Positions 49,101 through 61,500 of a stretch of DNA of 64,000 bases are shown in pieces (within the stretch, counting starts at the first letter, position 1; every line of letters starts with the position of its first letter). Location: positions 1 to 64,000 of the forward strand of contig NW_020845389.1 in the NCBI RefSeq assembly GCF_003704095.1, in the 5' to 3' direction. The notes beneath the pieces are model-generated. The model searched no databases and was not told where the DNA came from. It saw only the letters and a list, made by a program, of their open reading frames with translations. This stretch comes from Pocillopora damicornis (taxonomy: Eukaryota). Position numbers and translations under genes: made by a program.

Positions 49101-52100
49101 GAACATTTTTTTGGGACAGAAGTCTGTGTCCCCTGAATGGATGTGTCTGCTGATTAGAGTTGTTCCAAACAAGAGGTGCCATTGTAGTTTGAAATTATTC
49201 TGACCTGAACTGTGTTGTAAACTACAACATACACATGAAAGAAGTGACATCCAGATACCTGGTTATTATGTGGTGGTCCTCTTTTTTCAACTTCTTGATA
49301 TCAACTTTATGATTTTAATTGCAGTTCCACCTTTGAGACCAAGTGATGCTGAGTCAGCAAGACCTAAAGAAAAGAGTGGAATTATTCTGACAAGTGATGA
49401 AAGTGAAGAGGATGAATTTTGTGACTCCCTAGATCCTGAGTGTCTGCGAGAATTACAAAATGGAAATCATGTGGACAGAGAATTGCCAGATCTTGATGCT
49501 GCATTGAAAAGGGTTGATTTGACGAAGAGAAATAGTCCCAGCAGCTCCCCTGAACATGTCACAAGTTCAACAATGTCAGAATCTGAACATTCAGATTTAG
49601 AGAGTGATTTGAAAAGCTTGGAGCTTTTAACAAGTACACCATATGCTAAACATGTAACTTTTGCTGTTGATGATACTGCAAATAGTACAACTACTGTAGT
49701 TAATTTGGACTTGTCCAAGGTTGAGCCTTCAGTCACTGAGGAATGCTTTTCTGAGGTCACTCCTCTTCTGGAGAATGGACATAATCACAAAACTAATGTA
49801 GATGTGACAGAGTATGAATCATATCTACCTTTGGATCAAGCACCTAAGAAACCATCAGGGATCCTTAAGTCACATTATTCTGTGAGAGAACATGGGGGAG
49901 GTGATGCTTCTCAACAGCCATCTGGTCGTGGTCATGGAGGTCGAACAAGACAGTCACAAGGAACTAGAACCAAAGAAGGTATTTATCATATAGTGATTTA
50001 AAAAATTGTGTCAAGGTTGTAGTAATATTTGGTGACATGTCCTTCCATCGTGTGTCTTACTAAGTATTTAATTTAAACTTGCTGTTTCTTGTTCTTAAAT
50101 AAAGTTTGAGTTATTAGGATGGCAAATTTTCAACAAAAATGACATATGAAAACAAAAAAAATTGTCTGGTTTTTAGTTGATTTTGTGAAAGAACTATTAA
50201 GACTACCATGCTACCATTAAATTACTGGTAGTGATGCCTTTTTTTCTTTTTTTCAGTAGCCTACCATAAAACAAACAAACAAACAAACAAAAAACAATAA
50301 TACTGCACATAGGGTTTGAGTCATCAGGAGTTAACTGTGCCTTTAACAATATTTTCACTTTCATTTTAACCCTTTAAAACCCAGAAGTTATGAACTTGTA
50401 ACTTTTCCCAATAATATACTTACATTATCCAACAGGTAATGAGGATACTCAAACTTATCAGGTAGAAGTTGTTGCCTTGATCCAACACCAATTTCTCCTA
50501 ACTAATTTGCAAGGAAATGTGTTGCAGCTAGAGGGGAGAATAAATGGTCAAATTCTGTGATCAGATCATGGGAGTTAAAGGGTTTATTAACCTCATTCAA
50601 TAATTTATAAAGCAAACCTATATTAATCCACCAGGGACCAGCTCTATGAGTGGAGTAAGTCGTCCATCAAGAGGGCACAGACGAAGGAGTGACAGTGACA
50701 GTGAAGATGAACTGACAAGTGATCATACAAGTGGCCCAGATTATGACTCAGCAGGTGACAGGGATGAAATCAATGAAAGGATCTTACAAGCTCTTGAAAG
50801 GCTTCATCAGGACATGAAAGGTGTGCTGCGGAGACTTAACACTATGGAGGAAGCACTCTTATCTAGACAGGTAGGTTGTCACATTTTGATAAAATTGGTT
50901 TTATGGGTTATTGCAGGTAAAGAGGACTTTATTTATTTTCTTTGTCTCAAATAATACTTGTATGTCCTAGGGTATCTTACCCTTTAACCCATAAGAGTGA
51001 TGAGTATCTAATTTCTCCCAACAAATTCACCCCTGAATTAAATAAGGTCACAAGAATAGAGGAAACAATCACCAACCAAAGCAGCTCTGTATTGTTAAAG
51101 AAATTCTCCTGGTCAGTAACTTAGGAAATGTATAGAGAAAAGTATGGAGACTGGTATACTGATGTAATAGGAAGTAAAGGATAAGACTTGACTTGAGCCA
51201 TGTTCCTTGAAATTTTGTTGGATCCCTCACAAGTTTTGAGGGAATTTCAAATTACCTTTGATATACTTAAACTAAACAAGGAAATCAAATAATTGTGTGA
51301 TGATTTTAGCCCAAAATTTATTTTCAATGGCCTTATTTTTAAGTTTTAAAGATCTCAGCAATGATTGATAGAGCTCAGAATGTTATTACCAATTGATTAT
51401 TTCCCATACATCAATAAATTGTCAAGATTAGTTTCACTTGAAAAAAAAAGTGCAGAAACAATGAGAAGTAATTTTTGTTTCTTAACATTGTGACTCTAAT
51501 ATTAATAATAATAAATGTCTTTATTGCTCATTGGATAAAAATACATATGTAATGTTACAGGATAAAAAGATTCAGGGTTCAGCCAAAAATTACAATAGAA
51601 TAAAATTACAATAGATTAGCATAGACTCTAGCATTGTCAATCTAGTAATACTAGAGGTCTTTTGTATTGTTTAACTTTCCTTCACATAAATAGTAAATAA
51701 TTAATCTGTGTTTATTTCTCTATCAGGATGTAGATCCTAGATCTGAGCAGGCATGGTGGAAATCTTACATTCCATCAAAGCCTTTGATGTTCCTCGTCTT
51801 GTGGCCTTTCATTGTGAACATTGTCTTTTATTACTTCAGACGAAGGAAGGTGAGACAAATATTGACAAGCATATTTACGAACAAACAGCAGGGGAAAAAA
51901 AACACTGTCTTAAACAATCACTGAATTCAATCAGAACAAAGGAAATGAACACTTGGAGCCAATGAGAACTCAAAGTGAAAACATGCAAACTGCCCAAGAA
52001 TAGGAGACAATGGGTGACCAAGATGGGGCTGGTATTTAGGTTTGGTATATGAGAGGTTAAGTGGGTTGTTTGACTCACAGCTTAGGCATGGATAAGGGAC

Positions 52101-52207
52101 AGTTTGTTTAAAATTTCTTACTATGCAAGTTTTTGGTAATAAATTTAAATTGGACTTAACAGGTTTAATTTCTTCTTTATATCTGGCAGAGTTCACAGCA
52201 AAGATGA
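46176..52207 (+). CDS. ACBD5: Acyl-CoA-binding domain protein 4/5 (peroxisomal tail-anchored VAP tether)
   Basis: Exons 46176-46242, 46346-46380, 46983-47068, 48025-48097, 48408-48897, 49325-49978, 50635-50870, 51727-51849, 52190-52207. ACBP domain (RFDAAVNVVRSMPKKG...LKFYAFYKQAKEG.C...KPGFWDVVKKAKWEAWHGLGKMTKQEAMESYV), FFAT motif (LTSDESEEDEFCDSLD), coiled coil (INERILQALERLHQDMKGVLRRLNTME), TM segment (LMFLVLWPFIVNIVFYYF) and basic tail RRRK. The last exon is the least certain. Confidence 0.92.
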
Positions 52208-53908
52208 TAATCACAAGCCTTATCACTCCAGGTTGTGATAATTTATGGCAATGCCATGATGTGCAAGGTTATTGCTCATTGACTTCTTTTATTTAGTGGG
52301 TGAGGACTACTCAACAACAAGCACCATCAAAGGTCAACATTAGAAATATGAAATTCTGTTGTACTATCAAGAACTGGGGAATCACAAAAATGTTAGAGTG
52401 CGAATCTGGTCTCCAAAGAATTTCTTCTCCACTTCTGAATATTAACAAATACAGCAACAACAACAAAAACAACAAACAGGCTTTGTTTTTGGTACCATCA
52501 TATTTATTGACTCAGTCAGACAAATACAGGTAGCATGATGGTGAACCAGCACATTATGAACAATACATTATTTATAAGTATTTTTTATAATTATTTGTGA
52601 AGTAAATTTCACTAATACTCTCAATGTAACAAAAACACATCAATTGAACAATATTAAGGTCATTCATTCACAATTCAGTCACCCATAAGTTCCTTCTTGA
52701 TCAACGACATTCATATTGCTTGTCCAGAATTCTGTCACATAGTATGATGTAGGTAGACAGACAAAAGTAATTTAGTATTAATTAATTTAATGTGTATTGA
52801 CCATATACTTTGCATCATTTGTTTAACTCTTGTTCCCCCAAAGAGTGACTAGCAACACTTCTTACATACAGTATCACTTCTGAATCAAACATTAAGGTCA
52901 TGAGGATGAGGAAATTATCTCCAACTGAAAAAGCTTGATTGTAAAACAAATTCACCATGTCAGTACCACTGGAAATGTCTAGAAAACAGTGTAGAGAATA
53001 TGCATACTGATGTTAGGGTGTACAGGGTCAAGAGTTTGCTCAAGTGAAGGAGATGCAATTGGATATGTTGTGAACAGATAAAGTCAAAAAGAAGCAAGGA
53101 TAAAATTGAAATACAGCTCTCTCACACAAACACTCCTTTCTTAACTCTTTCTTGCTCCCAGGTGTTACCACTAAGTGAATTTTCCCTACGACATATTTAC
53201 ATTGTCAAGTAGTGAGGTAATGAGAAAAATTAAATGCATGAGTTAAAAGGTGTTGCTCAATTAAACGTGGAATACTCCCAGTAGAAATTGTAACAAATGT
53301 ATAGCAGACAGCAAGAAGAAATATTAATAACCTCTGGAATGAAAAGGTTCAGTCGTTAACAGTGCATTTGCCAGGCTATTGTGGTGATGAAACCATAGCT
53401 GACCTTTCATATTGTTGTATTGGGGTTTCTAGTTGATATCATTTTGTAATATGATTTGAGCAGACACTTAGCACACAGTCACAGTTCACAGTTAGGCATT
53501 ATGTACTGGCACCAGAATTAATGTTATTGGTTGTGTACTTGTGATACACTAGCAAAATCAGTTTCCAACTTTAGAACTGAATGGAGCTAAAGAATAATTC
53601 AGTTCACATAACACTCTTGTCAAATCCTACATGTACTCCCCATACTCACACTTTCAGCATTAACAGTGTTTGGTTTAAAGGAAATTTTTATTTTTGGTTG
53701 ATATATTGCGTTTTCAATGGGAACTGTACTGGTTTATTTACTGAGGTGTTTAATATCAATTTTTAATCTGACTGTGATATCACTGACTTCATAGGAAAGT
53801 CATTATTTAACAAACAAAGTGTTTTTAAAAATAGTTTTACATGGAAGTGGTTTGAATGGGTTTTCACCCAAATTTAGATTATGCAATAAAGACTCCAAGT
53901 CAGTAAAG

Positions 53909-56632
53909 TTAAATCTGTATGCAGTCTTTTTCAAAGAAGTTGATGATTTTCTGAGCAGTGTGTTGGTCCAAACTACAGTCTAACAACTCTTCCTTGGTAG
54001 CCTGTGACACCCTGGTTACATTCTTGCAACCATCCTGCAGCACCAAGCATTCTTAAGATGTGTAGTTAAGGAAACTTCAAGGAAAAACAAGACCTAATAA
54101 CTCACTCTGTTTATCACCATTGCTTATTCAAAGTTCTTCTTGATTTAACAGTATAGAGGGAGACAAAGAATGAGGAAAAAGTTCCATTGTAAGGAGACAA
54201 GCTTTTAACCAAAGGATACCATGATTACTTAGACCTATAGTAGCTAGGGCACCAAGAACAATGTTGTCATTGATTGTGGACTCTTGGAGCCTCTTCATTC
54301 TTTCTTGGATCACTCCTACCATGGGCTTACTAGTAACCTAGATACAAAAAAACAGTTCTTAGTTATAGACAAAGTTTTTATAAACAATCACCTCTACAAT
54401 TCAAAACATTGTTGGTTCAACTGCACTCAGGCTTTAGCAGGTGCCTGTTCAGTGGCCAAATGGTCAGCTTTAGGTTTGATTAACCAGACTCTGTTTCTGA
54501 AATAAAGCCTCGCACACCCTCTGCTTCAGAGGATCAAGGTCTAGGCTCTGATAGAAACAGCAGAGGAAGAACCTTGGTCAGCTAAAGCAATGTCTGTCTA
54601 TGATGGATTTACACTCTATCAGTACAAGTGAAAAAACAAGATCAGGTCCAATATCAACTTTGTTCCTGGGGTCTCATTTCCTCAAAGAAGGGAGAGACCT
54701 GGGAACAGGGTCAATGTAATATAGGTAGCCTTGTTAACATATAGGTTGATAGTAGACCAGATGTTGCTCAATAGTTGACAGACATTTCACTATTGCTGTC
54801 AATTTTCAACCTCTACCCTATTGGCATGATGTACTGAGTACACCATGCAATTTGTAGTTTGTGTGCCTACATGACATACTCGGTTTGTTCAAGGTTAGAG
54901 AGTAACAACATAATCTGCAGCTCTGGATAAGCAAATTAACCTGGTTCTCAGTCTCAAAACAAGTTAGAATTCTTAAATATTATAAATCAATGTATGTTGG
55001 CACAGGACTTCCCTGTGGGGTTGGCAGCAAGAGGTTAACTGACAGCTGTCTTCCATGTAATTTCCAACTGACTCATCAATTAATAGTGAAAGTAAAGAGG
55101 TGATGGTCTCTGACTGATGATGATGGCCCTATATGACCAAGAGCACAGAGAGAAACCAAGGCTAAATGTAGTGCAAGTTTACCTCATGCCAGGTAGACAT
55201 CATTTGAGTCATCTATTTAACAAAGAAATATTTTATCTTCTGAAGCTTATCTTACTCACCTTAGAAATAGTCATCATGCATTCAAAGCATTCTTTGGCAC
55301 TGTGGGCAGGAATAAACCTTGAACTTGTTCCTAAGAATCTAGTAATATTATAGTTACTATAGATTGTATGAGGTTCCCACATGGTCTTGACAAAATTTCT
55401 GCCATGCCTGAAAATTATTCTTGAAGTTGGGTTGTGCATACCCACAACTCACCAATATGGATTTACACCATTGTGAGGTGGGTGCACAGTGCCTTAAATT
55501 TGACTTTTGAAATCAGAAATCAAAATTAATATTTGCTAGTATATACTTAAAAAAGTGGGGAGCAATGAAGGCAGGCTCTGATTGGCTGCTCAAACTCCTA
55601 ATGTCCTTGCTATTAACCCCCATGAAATGTGTGTAGGATTTGCGCCTAAAAATATTGTAATCACTGCAGGCATAAATGAGTGAAAATCATCTTTTTGTGT
55701 CATGTTATCTCACTGTTTAAGTATTCACCTCAGTGTCAGTGGCTAGCAGTGGAGATTTCCCTTGCCACTTCATGACTTGGTAGATATCCACCACAAGCAA
55801 CCTCCATTTTGGAAAATAGTTGTTAACTATGTAAAGTTTTCTTCGGGGTCTAGCCCTGAGTGAAACAAGCTTGGAGTAGAAAAACGAAACTTAACGTCAC
55901 GAATTTTTTTTCCCATTTACAGGTATTTAGTTTATGGGGAAAACACCTTTCGAAGTGTCTTGATGCATTTTTTGGTGTCGTATGTTATAATTTTGGCTGA
56001 ACATAGTGTTATTCAACGTAATTATTTTTTGGTGACCAGAATTGTGTCTATACTTCGTAAACTTTCACCTGCTTTGCAAGGCTGTCCAAGCTTTTATTTG
56101 TTCAGGCCCCATAAAAGCAGCCACAAGAATAACATAGGCTTTACGATGTAACTGGTTTAATTTGTGTATCCTAAGGAAAAAAAATGATTATAATTTAAGA
56201 CAGTAACTCGGAGAAAATAAAATTCTGAATTCAATAAGCTCGCGTTAAGATGTTGCAGTTTTTTTAGTTCAATTATTAAGGGTAAGGCAAAACTTCGGAA
56301 CGTTTGGTTATACCTCTCTATGGTATCTTCGTTAATTAAATGCTTTTCCTGGTTCTCCGTCAGTACCTGATCCAAAGGCATAATCATGAAGGCGACGGAA
56401 GAGAGTGGAAAAATTATCACTCCATGGCCCGTTGTGTCTGTAACTATAAGATTTTCGATATATAACTTACAGTGGGTGTCTATTTGGAATGTAAAATTTA
56501 AAAAACTTAAGTTCATTCTGATTTATGATTACCCCGAACTTTATGATATTGCATCAGAAGTCGGTGAATGTCGCTGTTTTCGAGTGATCTGTTCAGTATC
56601 ACTGGCCAACTTGTTAGAACGCTGTCCGCCAT
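53909..56632 (-). CDS. SPO16: SPO16/C1orf146 (SCRE) homologue, ERCC1-like meiotic crossover factor, 223 aa
   Basis: Exons 56632-56533, 56443-56314, 56170-56069, 55338-55260, 54337-54220, 54051-53909. Protein: MADSVLTSWPVILNRSLENSDIHRLLMQYHKVRVTDTTGHGVIIFPLSSVAFMIM...IHKLNQLHRKAYVILVAAFMGPEQ...LQSRFLGTSSRFIPAHSAKECFECMMTISKVTSKP. This matches human C1orf146 motifs as recalled (HKVR, IIFSLSGVAFLL, AALHGPEE, QRFLG, TIAKTTSKP). It is not present as a single ORF in the supplied track. Confidence 0.85.
54052..54219 (-). other. U12-type GT-AG intron (168 nt) in the SPO16 homologue
   Basis: 5' splice site GTATCCTTT; perfect branch site TTCCTTAAC at 54073-54065, 13 nt from the intron 3' end. Splicing it gives an open frame to the stop at 53909. 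Confidence 0.9.
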
Positions 56633-56869
56633 ATTGGTTAAAAGGAACCGACTTAAATCTTCGTGCCCAAGAAATTTCCGATCGATGCCGACGAATTCCC
56701 GAAGTACTGAGGTCTTGTGTTGATGAAGGTCCTAAATTCGATTTCCCTACCCCTCGTTCGCATCTTTTTGCATTCACATAATTCTCTAAGAGTTCATATG
56801 TTAAGTCAACATATAAGCCTTAATACAATCGATGCTTGGGTCTAAGCGGTGGGTGTAATACGCAGCTCA

Positions 56870-56990
56870 CTGGTCACGAGTGGCGGATCGCGGGTCACGG
56901 ATAGCGAGTTCGGGTGGCGGGTCACTGACCATGGGTCACGGGTCGCTATTTCAAGAATTATTCAGCGGACGCCTGTGACCCGTAAATGCG
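56870..56990. repeat. Short gggtcacg-type tandem repeats upstream of SPO16
   Basis: ggtcacg / cgggtcacgg / cgggtcactg / tgggtcacgggtc, plus an inverted gtgacccg at ~56975. Confidence 0.55.
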
Positions 56991-58526
56991 TTTCGCGCAG
57001 CAGGCCTGATATTACTGTAAGTTCTCATGATAGCCTTTGATCTGGTGGGCCTTTAGGATGACTTTGGTTTAGTTTTTCGACACGTAATATTACGAACCGC
57101 TCTTAAGAGGCTGATTCTCTGTATCCCTAAATATGACTGACAAAATTGTGATTTGGCTCATCGCCCTTGACAATGCACGTTAATCATTACTTTGGGTAGA
57201 TAAACAGCACTGTAGTCATTATATTGAAACATCGCCACTTTAATTCTTCACACGACCATAAATATCGAATTTCAATACATACTCCTGTATGGTGGAGATT
57301 GAGCATTAACTTAATGTTAGTATCTCCTCACAGAAGGTATTAAAATGGCAATGGTATGAAGAGAGAATGTAGAAGGTAACTTCGCTATTAAGAGTTAAGT
57401 AACAAGTACTTTATTACTTGGTAATTATTTATATACTCTGTACAAAATGAGTTGTTAAGTCTTAAATTTTCATGTCTTTAGCAGCGAGAGGATGATCTTG
57501 TTATATTAAACAGGAAGAAAACGTTCCTTTAATGAAGACGACCAGAAATGGATCAAATACAAACATAACATACACAAAAGGGATTTTCATTAGGTTGTCA
57601 TTTCTCATTATTAATGAAAGACTCTCCCCTTTCTTCACAACGAAAGACTGATATNNNNNNNNNNNNNNNNNNNNNNNNNNNNNNNNNNNNNNNNNNNNNN
57701 NNNNNNNNNNNNNNNNNNNNNNNNNNNNNNNNNNNNNNNNNNNNNNNNNNNNNNNNNNNNNNNNNNNNNNNNNNNNNNNNNNNNNNNNNNNNNNNNNNNN
57801 NNNNNNNNNNNNNNNNNNNNNNNNNNNNNNNNNNNNNNNNNTAAACCCTTTTCAAGATGGCGTTCTCACCACCGGAATTGCCTTTGCAAACTTTAATCAC
57901 GCCATTTTCCACTAAAAAAATGTCGACAGTCTTCGATTTGACTGGGTTGCCGTAATTCGACAGACATTTTGAAGCAATCTTATTTCTATGCTAAAAAAAG
58001 GACGGGTAACAGAATAGTGATAAGGTTCAATATATATATTAAATTTCCAACAAAAGAAAAGATAAGCATATCTAAACAGTAATTTGTGTAAAAGCTTTAG
58101 TAGTTATTGCGTCGGAGTGTTGTAAAGTACCAAATAAAATCCAAAAATCGTACTCGAGAGTGGTTCTTCTGGTGGTTGCTTTTCTAGATGTAAACTTTAG
58201 CTATGTGGTTTAACAACTGTGGTCTGGTTGCTGGCGATTGTAGGCGTAAAATGGGATTTTTCCGCAACTAGATAAAGGCACAATTTTCCTCCGGCGAATT
58301 AGTGTGTATTTTTAACGGAGGTTTCTCTTCACTTAAATGAATGAGAGACTTTCTAAGAGCACAAACACTCTCACACTCTCCTATAATCCATCTCTTGGTT
58401 GTGTATTTTTCGTTGCTCGATAAAATAAATACCCGGGTCGAGAGCTCCTTTGTACACTGAACGTCTATCCGCCGTTTACAAGAGATAATTTACATTTTTA
58501 CAAGCACCGCACCAGAGCAGTCCTTT

Positions 58527-61500
58527 TCATCTGGATGTTAATGATACACTGGAGAGCATTTTCTGTACTTTTTCGTCATTTCTCAAGATATTACACTTTA
58601 CTGTGCTTATCCTATCGACCTGGGATAGAAAACGAAAAAAAAAGAATCAATATATACTTGGCACGAGATTGTAGGGTCTCAAATATCTATAATCTCAAAC
58701 TTACTCGACTCGTACACAAAATCGATAGCTTACCATTTCTGTTATTTCAGTGTCAAGTTCATCTAGCTGTGATTTTAAGGGTGCAATCTCATTTTGTGTT
58801 ATGCTGTGAAAAGAAAGCATGAAAAAAGATTGAAAGATGCCAAATTTGAGCGAAGAGAGACCATAAATTCAGTCATTCACGAAGGTGGAAGAAGGCTATG
58901 GCGATTCTCTTCAGAACACAACAGACAACAATGTGACGAAAGACTAGGAAAAAACCTCAGGAGTAAAGAGATTTATGTTACCTTTCCTCTCTTCTTAACG
59001 CTATTTCATGCTCCTTATTTTCCCGTCTCCACAGATCCAACTCCTTTTGCATACTATCCATATCTTCCTGTTATCAAAAATAATACAAAAAAAATTTGAA
59101 AAAAGCCAGCTTTTCCACAACGGCCACCTTTGGAAAATAGAACCTCCCAGCTGGTCAAAAAGAAAACAGTGACCCTTGTAAGGAAAAAAGACGTTGGCAG
59201 AGGTTCGACTAAATACCATTCCAGGCATTAAAACTACAGCAGATTTATGTACAGTTCCTTTCTTTTTTTCCTTCCATGATTAACCCTTTCACTCCCAGAA
59301 GTGAACAAAAACGAATTTCTCCCTACAATGTCAAATATATTTTAACAGAAAGGCGACGACAAGAAAAGAACAATACCAGTATCAACCAACCAAATTCTCA
59401 ACTAAAAATTATATGAAATGCGATGGTGAAGAGGATTGGGGAGAATTGATAATTAGATTTTTGGAGTGATAGGGACTAACATAGTTGCAGTTCCAGAAAT
59501 CGGCAGTGTATTGCAGTGAATCACAGTGTATCGCCGTCTTTAGCAAGCCCCCAAACCCCCCTTGGAGGGAACAGCCACTTATTGAAACCTTTGCTTAGTT
59601 GATGCTGCAAAAGTACCCCTTACCTGAATATAGTCCATAATTTTTCCTAATGGATTTGCGCTTCTCGTCAATGTCTGAATACTAGTTCTGAGTTTTTCTA
59701 TCTGTTAAAAGAAATATGCAATTTAAATCGAACACAGAAAGAAAAATATCGCGAATGGAGATACTTGATATCTTGGTTACGTTGCTCTTACCTCCTTTTG
59801 CGCAAGTTCCCTTTCTTTTTTCCTTGCAGCGTCTGATATAATAGGAGCTTGTCTTTCCTACCAAACAGAAAATGAAATCAAACTGAGTTTTGGACAGTTA
59901 CTGATTTTCAGGTGGTCCAATACACAAAGGAATGCAGTGTTCTCCTTTTCAGGCGGTAACTGATAATTTTTGCCATTTGAAATATTTCTTGTCACCGCCT
60001 AAAATCGCTCGTAAATCTTGGAAATTCAACAGGTAAAATAATTCCTCTACTAGGTTGCAAACGTATTGTACTTGTCACACTCAAAATAAGGCAAGACTCA
60101 GCGAATGAACTGTAAGTTTTGACGGCATCGTAAGAAGGCCCTATTCACATTTTCTTTCCTCGTGAATTGAGGGAAAAAGATTCATTTCTACCAACTTTTA
60201 GATATAAATGACTCTTACACAAGGACACGTTCATAACAAACAGTCCCTCACCTGTTTTGGTCTTGTTTCTTGGTTTCGACCTCCTTCAAGCTCTTTCTTT
60301 GTTTCAAGAATTTTTCTAACAAGGCCCCCTGAAAGGAAAGGAAACTCTCTCGTCACTCTTAGACAATGGTTTTTTTAGTGCCATGATAGACACGGATAAA
60401 ACTCCAAACGATCCGCCCTTTCACTTCTAAGTTCTCATTAGTAATTCTCCTTGATCTTGCATTGATATTGCAAGTAGAAATTATATCTTGGTCACTCATG
60501 GGAGCTTCTGTTAGATAACCGATCCCTGGACCCAAGCGAGCTTGTTTTTTCTTAATATTAATCGAGGGAATAGTCATAACCCTCATTTGAACTTTCATTT
60601 TATTCTATTTTAGTGTCATGATGGAAGATAAAAAGGAAAGATGATGAGTACAAGAGGAAAAATTTCATCTCCAAAAATAACAACAATAACCATAGATAAA
60701 TAATCAGTACATATGAAAATAATTACCGTGTTCACCATCATCTTCAGCTACTTCTCCTGTAGGAGCCTGAGAAAATAAGACAATACCATAATTTATTGAA
60801 GTAAGAGCCTGGTGACTGAAAAAAAAAGGCCACTTCCATATACAACCACATCTTTGCTTCAATGAGTTTAAGAAATGCATGCAAAAATGCCCTTACAAAA
60901 GCCTCCCTTGCAATTTATTATTATGCAATATAAGGTGTGACATGTTTGATTGTGTACATGAAGATACAGTAGAACTGCACTAACTGGAATTCCCAAGAAA
61001 AACAAAAGATGGTTTGAGTTAGCAGTGGTTATGGTAAGCTGATAGTAAATGACTGAAAAAATGGGTTAAGGGAAAATGGATCGGGGGGGGGGGGGTTTCA
61101 AGTTAACCGGTTAGGGGGGGTTCCACTGTACAAAGATGTCTGATAGCTAGAGAAGAGAATTACTCGTCAAATCATGAAAGTTAAACAATCACCACATCTA
61201 CATCATTTTGGACTGCATGTGCATCTTCAACTACAAAGGTATCATCCTCATCATCATGTTCTTTGCCATCATCCACAATAACACTGGCAACTTGTTTCCC
61301 AGACCCAATTCTACAACAAAGAAAAGTTTGCCACTGGTTAACTTTACAAGCTCAAAAACAAATGAATCCTATTAAAACAGTGATACAGTTTGAGGTTGAA
61401 TTATAGATGTTGTAACAGCAAAGACATGCCCAGACATAGATGCTTCCTTCTTGTGAGCAGGTTCCCTTCTTTTCTTTTTATGAATTCTGGTACTTTTTGA

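Noticed and set aside
56386-56781. 131-aa + strand ORF and 78-aa - strand ORF
   Set aside because: Both are shadows of SPO16 exons 1-2 and its promoter.
59792-59857. Apparent frameshift in a TRAF3IP1 exon
   Set aside because: Recounting the homopolymer (6 T) gives an in-frame [11 protein letters not shown].
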